IMG/VR virus record: IMGVR_UViG_3300025012_000071
Origin: an uncultured virus (IMG/VR IMGVR_UViG_3300025012_000071)
Taxonomy: Duplodnaviria; Heunggongvirae; Uroviricota; Caudoviricetes
Strand: one strand, 5' to 3'
DNA: 20,000 nt
Shown here: piece after piece, positions 8,055 through 15,127 of the stretch
How the letters are laid out: each line of letters starts with the position of its first letter
How positions within the stretch are numbered: the stretch's first letter is position 1
Notes under the pieces: model-generated
Database searches by the model: none
Seen by the model: the letters and a program-made list of their open reading frames with translations, nothing else
Told to the model about the DNA's origin: nothing
Position numbers and translations under genes: made by a program

Positions 8055-8905
8055 AGTTTTATGTATCTAAAAACAATAACAGACTTAACCGCCGCCCGTG
8101 GGTTCCTGAGTATATAACTGACAACCTTTGCCTTAACCCTATATATAAGACGGTGAGAATATATAGGGGGGGGGTGAACGTCCTCCTTGACTCAGGAGCG
8201 TTCCAAGATGTTGATAAGGATAAAAGACTGACGTATGAAGAAGCACTTAATCGTCAACTCAATTTTGAGCAGGCGGCAGGTTTTGTGTCTCAGCGAATAG
8301 TCAGTTATGACAGGTTAGTTGACGAGCAGTTGAAAGAAGGTAAAAAGGTAAAATGTCGCGTTGACGAGGACAACGGTTGGGAATACGTCAAAGACACTGT
8401 GGGAGCTGCACAGTATTTAGTTAGTCAACGGGATAAATTAGCACCTCGTCAGTTAGTTTTGTCTAATCAGGGTACGACTACAGAACAATATTTGACCTGT
8501 CTAAAAGAGGTGTTACGCATAGCGCAACCGCAGGACTGTATTGGGATGGGTGGGTTTTGTATAATCGGGGCGAGAAAAACACTACAACCGCAATTTTTTG
8601 AAATACAGGAGAAGTCATTTCCGCTAATAAAAGATGCCGGCATAACCGATATTCACCTGTTCGGGGTAACTGCTATACCTGTACTTGAAAGATGGGTAGA
8701 AATAGCAAGACCATATGATTTTAATCTCAGCGTTGACAGTTCATCAGCAGAGCGCAGATCAGTTTTTGGTGGTGTATTTAGTCCCGACACTGGCAAATGG
8801 GAAGCGAAATACACCAGACAAGACAAGTATATTAACTATCATCCGAGGGACTTAGCATTAATCAATACAATAAACTTTAGGGATTATTTGGAGGGCATAG
8901 CGTGA
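8048..8905 (+). CDS. tRNA-guanine transglycosylase-like (TGT/DpdA-like) protein
   Basis: LLDSGAFQ, NQG, IGMGG, IHLFG, SVDSSS TIM-barrel motifs; no C-terminal CxCxxC zinc site. Confidence 0.8.
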   Translation: MLKFYVSKNNNRLNRRPWVPEYITDNLCLNPIYKTVRIYRGGVNVLLDSGAFQDVDKDKRLTYEEALNRQLNFEQAAGFVSQRIVSYDRLVDEQLKEGKKVKCRVDEDNGWEYVKDTVGAAQYLVSQRDKLAPRQLVLSNQGTTTEQYLTCLKEVLRIAQPQDCIGMGGFCIIGARKTLQPQFFEIQEKSFPLIKDAGITDIHLFGVTAIPVLERWVEIARPYDFNLSVDSSSAERRSVFGGVFSPDTGKWEAKYTRQDKYINYHPRDLALINTINFRDYLEGIA

Positions 8906-9417
8906 TAGTATTTCTTTACGTAGCGGCAATTTTGGCCGGAAATTGGTTATCTAGCACCTTCGCACCCGTAAACATTGGCCCATTTTTAATAAGTTTAGGC
9001 ACATTTACGATAGGGGCAACTTTTATTCTCAGGGACTTAGTGCAACAAAAACATGGCAGATATATGACATATGCGTTCATAAGTGTAGCACTTCTTTTAT
9101 CACTGATACAATCGGCAACAATGGGACAGGGTTTACCCGTGGTCATTGCTTCTATAATAGCATTTGCGGTAAGCGAAACAACCGACACTGAGATTTACAC
9201 GAGGTTAAAACTGCCGGTCCACTGGCGTGTGTGGTGGTCAGGTTTCGTTGGAGGAATACTTGACAGTACGGTGTTTATTGTGCTTGGACTATCACCTTGG
9301 GGTATGGGATTTATGCCTTGGTCAGTAGTTCCGATGGCGATAATTGGACAATCGCTGATAAAGTTAACTATGCAGGCAGTCGGGGCAGGTATGGTAAAAA
9401 TGGGAGGTCGTAAATGA
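8902..9417 (+). CDS. VUT/YhhQ-family queuosine-precursor transporter
   Basis: Multi-TM protein with GATFILRDLVQ, ASIIAFAVSETTD.EIY and S..VGGILDSTVF motifs; GTGA-coupled to the TGT-like gene. Confidence 0.85.
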   Translation: MIVFLYVAAILAGNWLSSTFAPVNIGPFLISLGTFTIGATFILRDLVQQKHGRYMTYAFISVALLLSLIQSATMGQGLPVVIASIIAFAVSETTDTEIYTRLKLPVHWRVWWSGFVGGILDSTVFIVLGLSPWGMGFMPWSVVPMAIIGQSLIKLTMQAVGAGMVKMGGRK

Positions 9418-9854
9418 GTAAAATACCTCTCGCTGATCCGTTCAAACAAGAAAAACTAATAGTCGCTAACTATCTAATCAACTATCACGACATAAAACAT
9501 CAGTACGAGCAGGACCGGGAGAGAATACTCGAAAACTCTCCCCCACCTCCCGACGGTATGCCAAGAGGTAGCACGACAGGCAATAGGACGGCATCGGCAG
9601 GGATCGCATTGGCATCGTTAGCGGTAACGGAAACGTGGTTGCAGGTAGTTAAGGAATTGGTAGCAGGTTTGAATGATGATGATAAACTACTGTTGGGATT
9701 AAAGCGGACGCATAAGGATTATGTGCGCGGAAGTTCGGTGAAAAAACTAATTGTCATGGAACTTGGGGTAAGTATGAGAACGGTTTATAATCGCTGGCAG
9801 GTGATATTGGAGCAGGGACGGACGTTGGCGGTTAGAAGGGGATTATTGCGGTGA
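9414..9854 (+). CDS. ArpU/RinA-like late transcriptional activator
   Basis: Last gene of the replication/metabolism operon; C-terminal HTH ELGVSMRTVYNR. Confidence 0.7.
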   Translation: MSKIPLADPFKQEKLIVANYLINYHDIKHQYEQDRERILENSPPPPDGMPRGSTTGNRTASAGIALASLAVTETWLQVVKELVAGLNDDDKLLLGLKRTHKDYVRGSSVKKLIVMELGVSMRTVYNRWQVILEQGRTLAVRRGLLR

Positions 9855-9880
9855 GCAGGGGAGAGATCCCCTGCTTTGCT
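9854..9880. terminator. hairpin terminator between convergent operons
   Basis: AGCAGGGGA-GAGA-TCCCCTGCT 9-bp stem with GNRA loop. Confidence 0.75.
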
Positions 9881-9881
9881 G

Positions 9882-10262
9882 TTATTGCGAAAAAGGTAAA
9901 TAATTCGTAAGAAAATCAACTAATTTCTTACCTTCGGGAGTAAGTATTTTACCTCTCCACAAACATCTATTACACCTACCGCGGTCATTCTTGTCTGGTG
10001 AATTATCAGGATCGCCATTGCAGACGGGGCAAACCTCTTCCATAACAATACCTTGGAAAGAGTAAAATTTAGGGCGATTAAGCAACTTAAATATCTCCAC
10101 ATGATGTTTCTTAATAGCGTCAACTGCCTGCTCTACTGATATTTCCATGATATGTCTACCGAGCGGTAAACCTACTTCAAACTTAATGATGTCCTCAATG
10201 TCAGGACTTTTAATAATTCCTGACAAGATATCTCCAACTAATTTATTAATCTTATCTTGCAT
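9882..10262 (-). CDS. protein with anti-TRAP-like C-terminal zinc-finger domain
   Basis: EEVCPVCNG...CNRCLWRGKILTPEGKKLVDFL resembles B. subtilis anti-TRAP. Confidence 0.6.
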   Translation of the reverse strand: MQDKINKLVGDILSGIIKSPDIEDIIKFEVGLPLGRHIMEISVEQAVDAIKKHHVEIFKLLNRPKFYSFQGIVMEEVCPVCNGDPDNSPDKNDRGRCNRCLWRGKILTPEGKKLVDFLTNYLPFSQ

Positions 10263-10311
10263 AATTATTCCTCCCCTGGGGTTTAAGGTTCACCCCGAAC
10301 CGTTTTAATAA

Positions 10312-10644
10312 CTAAGGTATCATAAACCTTTTGACTCCTGCTATCAACCCCTTACCGTCCCTAACTGCCGAATCAGGGCCAGTGTCGGGGCAAATAACGT
10401 CTGACCTGGAACCGCCCAAAACCTGAGCGACAAGTAGGGCAACTATATAGATTGTTCCTTCCACCTGTTCGGGAAGGTTTTCAATGCTCCCGTAAATGGT
10501 TTTGTGTACGGGCAGACCATTGACGGTATGAGAAAATTCTGATCTTGAAGCAACACGAGCAGCCGTTCCGGCATTAGGGAAAACATACTCTTCGCCGCCG
10601 TAACACAACTTTACGTCGTGTGGGGTAAGGTTGATAATGTTCAT
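10312..10644 (-). CDS. conserved hypothetical phage protein (NLTPH family)
   Basis: MNIINLTPH...LPE...YIV...RSDVICPDTGP..VRD; AAGGAGG SD. Confidence 0.8.
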   Translation of the reverse strand: MNIINLTPHDVKLCYGGEEYVFPNAGTAARVASRSEFSHTVNGLPVHKTIYGSIENLPEQVEGTIYIVALLVAQVLGGSRSDVICPDTGPDSAVRDGKGLIAGVKRFMIP

Positions 10645-10692
10645 TTTTCCTCCTTCATGGTCGGTATTTTTAGCCCCGACCGGCTATTTATT

Positions 10693-10857
10693 TTAGTCTA
10701 CGTAAACTTTAAACATATTTAGGTTGTGGTGATATGAAACTCCGGCAACTTTAACCGCAGTGTCTACGGTATGAATAAACATACCGATTTGCGGCACAAA
10801 ACATAGATTAAGCGCAAATATAAGACGTTTACCTGTGTAAAATTCGCATGTATACAT
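10693..10857 (-). CDS. small hypothetical protein (54 aa, not in the ORF track)
   Basis: MYTCEFYTGKRL...FKVYVD with AAGGGGG SD. Confidence 0.6.
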   Translation of the reverse strand: MYTCEFYTGKRLIFALNLCFVPQIGMFIHTVDTAVKVAGVSYHHNLNMFKVYVD

Positions 10858-10919
10858 CTAAAAATCCCCCTTGTTTTAATCCTTCGGCATCCCCTGACAA
10901 GGCAGGAGATAACGAAAGA

Positions 10920-11222
10920 CTAACGCTGTCCTTGAAGTTCAAATAGTTTTTCAATAACCTCCTCTCCGATGACTTCTTTAACGTCCCTGTCTTTCAGGGA
11001 TCTAATGGTTATCCCCGACGTAGACAAGGCGCAGAACGAAAATTTCAACCCCATTTCTTTTAACTTCGTAATTTCTTCGGGTGCAGAGTTTACTGATACC
11101 TCCTTCACCCAAAATCTTGCTTTGCCTACCTTACTGTAAGGCATATGACTATAATCCATTGCGAGCAATTTACCGCGTATACTAAGTAGTGTTATGCCCT
11201 CTATCCTTATTGCAGTTTTCAT
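10920..11222 (-). CDS. hypothetical protein
   Basis: GGAGG SD; overlaps the upstream stop. Confidence 0.65.
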   Translation of the reverse strand: MKTAIRIEGITLLSIRGKLLAMDYSHMPYSKVGKARFWVKEVSVNSAPEEITKLKEMGLKFSFCALSTSGITIRSLKDRDVKEVIGEEVIEKLFELQGQR

Positions 11223-11398
11223 TTTTCTTCCTCCCCTTGCAATACCTCTTTAACAGTGTTGCAGACTCTAAAACACTGTGTTTTAAGTGAGCAGGTAAAG
11301 CAGCATATTACGCCAAAAGTTATTTCACACTGGAATGGATGTGAAATATTGCACTCACGATCATTGACAAGATGCTTACATTCCGTTATTCTTTTCAT
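11219..11398 (-). CDS. Cys-rich hypothetical protein
   Basis: Start re-assigned to ATG 11398 (GGGAGG SD); multiple Cys. Confidence 0.65.
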   Translation of the reverse strand: MKRITECKHLVNDRECNISHPFQCEITFGVICCFTCSLKTQCFRVCNTVKEVLQGEEEK

Positions 11399-11447
11399 CT
11401 TTATTCCTCCCTCTGTGGTTTTCGCGGTTGACCACAAACCAGATTTT

Positions 11448-11915
11448 TTATAGTAGTTCGCAATCTCCAATATAAATCCACTCCAGGATTTGCGCAAAAA
11501 ACTCTATTTTTTCCTGAACACAAGGGTAACTGCTTTCTCTAACGTCCCAACTATAATATGGTGCGCGGAACTCTCTGACTGGGTTTTTCTCTAAAACTCG
11601 ATCTGCTTTGATCTTGTAGACGCTCGGTTTATTTGCTCCACAACCTACACTGGTTTCTGCTGCGCTGTAACTATCTTTATAGACGAATCCAGGCAACTTA
11701 GACTTAACCTGCTCATGGAGGTAGTTTTCCACTAACTCCAGATCCTCCTGGGTTGGATTTAAGAAACAGAACGCGAACGGAAAATTACAGCAACTTCCTT
11801 CCTCAAAAACCCTGAGTGACTCTATTTCCTTAATCTCGGCAGGCATTACCCACTTATCAAATGCCTTTACACGGTACGGGAAAAAATTCTTTCTGGACAT
11901 CTGGATAGTTTTCAT
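11448..11915 (-). CDS. hypothetical protein
   Basis: 155 aa, GGGAGG SD. Confidence 0.75.
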   Translation of the reverse strand: MKTIQMSRKNFFPYRVKAFDKWVMPAEIKEIESLRVFEEGSCCNFPFAFCFLNPTQEDLELVENYLHEQVKSKLPGFVYKDSYSAAETSVGCGANKPSVYKIKADRVLEKNPVREFRAPYYSWDVRESSYPCVQEKIEFFAQILEWIYIGDCELL

Positions 11916-11984
11916 AGTTTCAATTCCTCCCTCAATTTAATTTCTCCCGTCCTGCCCACATGCGACGTGAGCAGTTACAAGAAA

Positions 11985-12209
11985 CTAAACTCCGCAGTTC
12001 GGCATGTTGCAAATGCGGGTATTTGAGGTAACGACCTCGGACTGGTTGAGACTAACAACTAAGCTACCGGCAATGTCGTGTACCTCTCTAATTTCAAGGG
12101 TACAGTTTTCATCATCGCCTTTGTGAGAGGCGATCATTTCCTCGGCAGTTTTGCCAAGGAATAAAGTTTTGTGACCAAACGGCCCTGTTAGAATTGCTAC
12201 ACTAATCAT
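11985..12209 (-). CDS. hypothetical protein
   Basis: GAGGAGGTG SD. Confidence 0.65.
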   Translation of the reverse strand: MISVAILTGPFGHKTLFLGKTAEEMIASHKGDDENCTLEIREVHDIAGSLVVSLNQSEVVTSNTRICNMPNCGV

Positions 12210-12402
12210 TATTTTTCACCTCCTCGTCTAAATGCCCTTTCTTCCAAGGGCAAAGTTCCGGGCAACAACCGCCCAACCAACCGCGAAATTCTGGCTGTGA
12301 GCAAAAACCTGGGCAGTCGGTTGACATAGCGCAAACACAAGACGGTACAGTTTGAGCAGTTACTCCCATACTAACTAGAGTGCGACATTCTGGTGGTTTC
12401 AC
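12202..12402 (-). CDS. Cys-rich hypothetical protein
   Basis: GTG start with GGGGGTG SD. Confidence 0.55.
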   Translation of the reverse strand: MKPPECRTLVSMGVTAQTVPSCVCAMSTDCPGFCSQPEFRGWLGGCCPELCPWKKGHLDEEVKNND

Positions 12403-12404
12403 GG

Positions 12405-12485
12405 TTATTTCACCCCCTCACACTGCCCGTTGCGGTGACATTGCGCCTCGTGCGGCATGTAACCGCAGGTTATTTTGTATTGCAT
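12405..12485 (-). CDS. 26-aa microprotein MQYKITCGYMPHEAQCHRNGQCEGVK
   Basis: Strong AAGGAGG SD; fills the gap. Confidence 0.5.
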   Translation of the reverse strand: MQYKITCGYMPHEAQCHRNGQCEGVK

Positions 12486-12502
12486 TTTAGTCCCTCCTTT
12501 TG

Positions 12503-12721
12503 TTAATCTGTCGGTGATTCTGGTTTGAAACATATGCATTTAACCATACTGCAGAATTCACAAGAGATGTATATGTAGCACGGTCTTGTGCCACATGTTT
12601 CAAATCCAGCATGTTTACTTTTGTAGTGAATACATCTCTTGCAACATTTCCCAGTGTATGACATGACGTTTACCTTTTCTAGTTTATGTTTCAGTTTTTC
12701 CCCTGATGGCAGATGTAACAT
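12503..12721 (-). CDS. Cys-rich hypothetical protein
   Basis: AAGGAGGT SD; several CxxC motifs. Confidence 0.65.
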   Translation of the reverse strand: MLHLPSGEKLKHKLEKVNVMSYTGKCCKRCIHYKSKHAGFETCGTRPCYIYISCEFCSMVKCICFKPESPTD

Positions 12722-12791
12722 TATACTACCTCCTTAGTTTTTAATCTCCTACCCAACGTCCGTTAGACGCTCGGCAGGGGATTAAACCCTG

Positions 12792-13118
12792 CTAGTCAAC
12801 AATATCGGACTCCCTAAACTGCCAGCGTTCACCGCAGTTCGGGCAAACGGTTTTGTGAAGATGCTCCCCGGTTTGCATATATTCGCGCTCGTTGCCATCA
12901 ATCGTGCTGTCAAAATGTAGTTCTGCACCACAATCACAAATCTTATTTAAGTCTATATTCATCTTTTTTTCCTCCTTCGCCGGTTCTCCCGGCATAAATT
13001 TTCTAACAACTACCTCACTAATTCCCTTCCCTTCCCTCTTTGCCTGCTCCTTCAGTTTTCGGGCAAGCGGCTTGGGGAAGGTTATGCTGATGCGTATTTT
13101 GTCTTTAGGTATAGTCAT
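12792..13118 (-). CDS. ribbon-helix-helix (CopG/Arc-like) regulator fused to a zinc ribbon
   Basis: RISITFPKPLARKLKEQAKREGKGISEVV; C-terminal CDCG...CPNCG; start ATG 13118 (AGGAGG); internal in-frame SD and ATG at 12962. Confidence 0.75.
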   Translation of the reverse strand: MTIPKDKIRISITFPKPLARKLKEQAKREGKGISEVVVRKFMPGEPAKEEKKMNIDLNKICDCGAELHFDSTIDGNEREYMQTGEHLHKTVCPNCGERWQFRESDIVD

Positions 13119-13134
13119 GTTGCCCTCCTGCTTA

Positions 13135-13175
13135 GGTGATGCACTTATTATATAGCTTGGTGAATCACCTGTCAA
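13135..13175 (-). promoter_or_regulatory. consensus sigmaA promoter with palindromic operator
   Basis: TTGACA-17-TATAAT; GGTGATTCACC palindrome in the spacer (13159-13169) and a partial copy at 13135-13144. Confidence 0.9.
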
Positions 13176-13191
13176 GCAAAAAAAATAAATG

Positions 13192-13401
13192 TTAGTCTAC
13201 TATGTTTACGCGGTACAACCATTCCAACCAGAATTCATTGCGATCTCTTAGTCCCAACGTCCAACCATTTTGACCGCTGGATAAATCTTCGACATACATA
13301 AAACTGTTATCCGAATTTAAAAGTTTGTCTACTAACTTTCTTCTCGCTTCCCTCTCGGCGTCCGCATATTTCTTGATGAACTCGTCATATGTAAATCCCA
13401 T
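13192..13401 (-). CDS. hypothetical protein
   Basis: Likely start ATG 13401 (GGGAGG SD after a hairpin). Confidence 0.6.
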   Translation of the reverse strand: MGFTYDEFIKKYADAEREARRKLVDKLLNSDNSFMYVEDLSSGQNGWTLGLRDRNEFWLEWLYRVNIVD

Positions 13402-13511
13402 AATATCATCCTCCCTCTCAATTTCCCTATCGCCACCCCTCTCTAAGGGGGCAGGGTAAGGAAACTTAGCGGTTAAACTCCCGTAAATTCTAAGATAAAC
13501 TAACTTAGTCA

Positions 13512-13646
13512 TCATCCCACCACCTCCGCCCATTCTGCCTTATTCCATAAGACAGTATATATGCAAGCACTTAGAGGGTTAACCGATAGCACGGAAATGA
13601 CCCACGAATAATCCTTACAATAATACCTTACCCTGTATTTTTTCAT
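13512..13646 (-). CDS. 44-aa protein, paralog of the repeats in the upstream ORF
   Basis: MKKYRVRY...NPLSA...WNKAEWAEVVG; GGAGGTG SD. Confidence 0.6.
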   Translation of the reverse strand: MKKYRVRYYCKDYSWVISVLSVNPLSACIYTVLWNKAEWAEVVG

Positions 13647-14050
13647 TATCCGATCACCTCCACCCTCTCCGCTTTTGGCCAATTCCAAACAGCGTTGGCG
13701 CAAGCATCTTGCCGACTGCTGGCCAAAATTTCGTCGTCGTGAACAAATGCAGGACTTCCCCAATTTGCAGGTAAATAGACCCTAACCGGATACCAGTCAA
13801 CCACCTCGGCCCACACTAGAACCATTTCGGGATCCTTGTAGCGGTCAACTTTGTGGATAATCGCATCCAGGGGACTGGTTCCCCAAACTACCTCGGTACT
13901 GGTGCCCTTTGGGATAACCTGACCGGCGCACATAATTTCCCTGAAATGCAGTCTGACACGGTATTTGTTTAACTCAGGTGCTTTTCTACCTTCCGGCGTT
14001 TTGCTCCCCTGTGTGGGGCTGTGGTGCATGTTTTCGGCTGTTGCTAGCAT
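13646..14050 (-). CDS. hypothetical protein with two internal repeats
   Basis: GGGAGG SD before ATG 14050; KYRVR...WAEVV and YPVRV...AERVEVIG. Confidence 0.7.
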   Translation of the reverse strand: MLATAENMHHSPTQGSKTPEGRKAPELNKYRVRLHFREIMCAGQVIPKGTSTEVVWGTSPLDAIIHKVDRYKDPEMVLVWAEVVDWYPVRVYLPANWGSPAFVHDDEILASSRQDACANAVWNWPKAERVEVIG

Positions 14051-14064
14051 TGTGCTTCCTCCCC

Positions 14065-14418
14065 TCAATAGTGTTTCATACTACCTACCCCGGAAGGTAG
14101 GCACCACGAAAGACTATATGTCCCAAATCGGCAGGAACGAGCGGTTGACCATTTCGCGCCTTTTGTATATCCAGTCTCAACTTCGTTTGGTATGGTTTCT
14201 GCCGGTGCGCTCATGCCCTCGCCCTGGATACTACAGTCCCAGTGGTCGGGGTAAATATAAATGCTATATACACTGTTTGCGCCCGACGTGAGGTTTATAA
14301 CCAGATCCCCTCCCTCGTTGCGCTGGGCAACTGGTTCGCCCTCGGAAGTGCGGATTTTTTTGATGTTTTGGCAAAAGTTCTGAGCGTCAATCTTGTTCTG
14401 GATTTTTTGAAATTGCAT
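14065..14418 (-). CDS. hypothetical protein
   Basis: GAGGAGG SD before ATG 14418. Confidence 0.65.
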   Translation of the reverse strand: MQFQKIQNKIDAQNFCQNIKKIRTSEGEPVAQRNEGGDLVINLTSGANSVYSIYIYPDHWDCSIQGEGMSAPAETIPNEVETGYTKGAKWSTARSCRFGTYSLSWCLPSGVGSMKHY

Positions 14419-14460
14419 AGTAAACCCTCCTCGCAAAAGGATTTGGGTAAAACTGCGACT

Positions 14461-14691
14461 TTAGGTAGTCGCGGACCTGGTGAAAATGTTGGCATCACCT
14501 CGGAAGTAGCAGTATTCACCCCCTCGCATTTCACGAATTACTGCATCCTCGCTGGGGTAAGTCCAGGTATTGCCGTTTTTGAACTCAAACTTTTGGCGGT
14601 AAGCAATTAACGCTTGCTTTGCCGGCAAGGTGTAAACTGCCAGTTCGGAAATGTTGCCTTGCTCGTCTAGTAGCATTATTGTTGTTGTCAT
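14461..14691 (-). CDS. hypothetical protein
   Basis: AAAGGAGG SD. Confidence 0.7.
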   Translation of the reverse strand: MTTTIMLLDEQGNISELAVYTLPAKQALIAYRQKFEFKNGNTWTYPSEDAVIREMRGGEYCYFRGDANIFTRSATT

Positions 14692-14753
14692 TGATATTCC
14701 TCCTTTGCCTCAACAAAACCCCTCTCTAAAGGAGTTATGCGTGTGCGGTGCGC

Positions 14754-14816
14754 TTTGTCTGTCATCCTCAGAGCAGGTAGACAAATTCCTGCTGACCGGG
14801 CGAACCCGGTTTCGAC
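14754..14816 (-). ncRNA. type II hammerhead ribozyme with loop I/3'-tail pseudoknot
   Basis: GUC-GAA-ACCGGG-UUCG-CCCGGU-C^AGCAGG-AAUUUGUCUA-CCUGCU-CUGAGGA-U-GAC-AGACAAA; predicted cut between 14794 and 14793. Confidence 0.88.
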
Positions 14817-15034
14817 TAACCTTCCAGGTAGATTTCCATGTCTGCGCCTGTGTAGCATTGTTCCGTCTTACTGTACCAGTTCCCTTCTTCCTGCACATAC
14901 ATGGTGTGGTCGTGCAGGTTTAAGATTGCATCCTCTGGAATTTCGACTTCAACTGTGGTTTTAGCAGGTATTACAGTTTCGCCTAAGTCGGTAACTACCG
15001 TGATGTCGATGTTCTCGCCGTTGTGAATTTTCAT
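14816..15034 (-). CDS. acidic hypothetical protein flanked by two ribozymes
   Basis: GAGGGGG SD; 72 aa. Confidence 0.7.
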   Translation of the reverse strand: MKIHNGENIDITVVTDLGETVIPAKTTVEVEIPEDAILNLHDHTMYVQEEGNWYSKTEQCYTGADMEIYLEG

Positions 15035-15066
15035 GTGTGTATCCCCCTCGTATTTAGTTTTAACTT

Positions 15067-15127
15067 GCCACCTCCCCCGAAGGGGAACGCTTGCGGCTTA
15101 AGGCTGTTTAGACTCTCCGCAAAGAGT
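15067..15127 (-). ncRNA. pistol self-cleaving ribozyme
   Basis: ACUCU-UUGCGG-AGAGU-CUAAACA-GCC-UUAAG-CCGCAA-GCGU-UCCCC-UUCG-GGGGA-GG^U-GGC; P1, pseudoknot, P2, P3 and linkers match the pistol consensus; predicted cut between 15071 and 15070. Confidence 0.93.

Noticed and set aside
10659..10686. preQ1-I riboswitch call for the small pseudoknots
   Set aside because: The conserved ligand-binding loop nucleotides are missing, and the elements are not upstream of the que-related genes.
11937..11988. Twister ribozyme call (UAA-CUGC...GCAG-GA)
   Set aside because: It lacks the conserved L4 AAGC and second pseudoknot; kept only as a long hairpin.
12440..12480. Twister-like loop GGUUACAUGCC on the minus strand
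   Set aside because: There is no matching GA-NNN/P1 segment, and it lies inside a small ORF with a strong SD.
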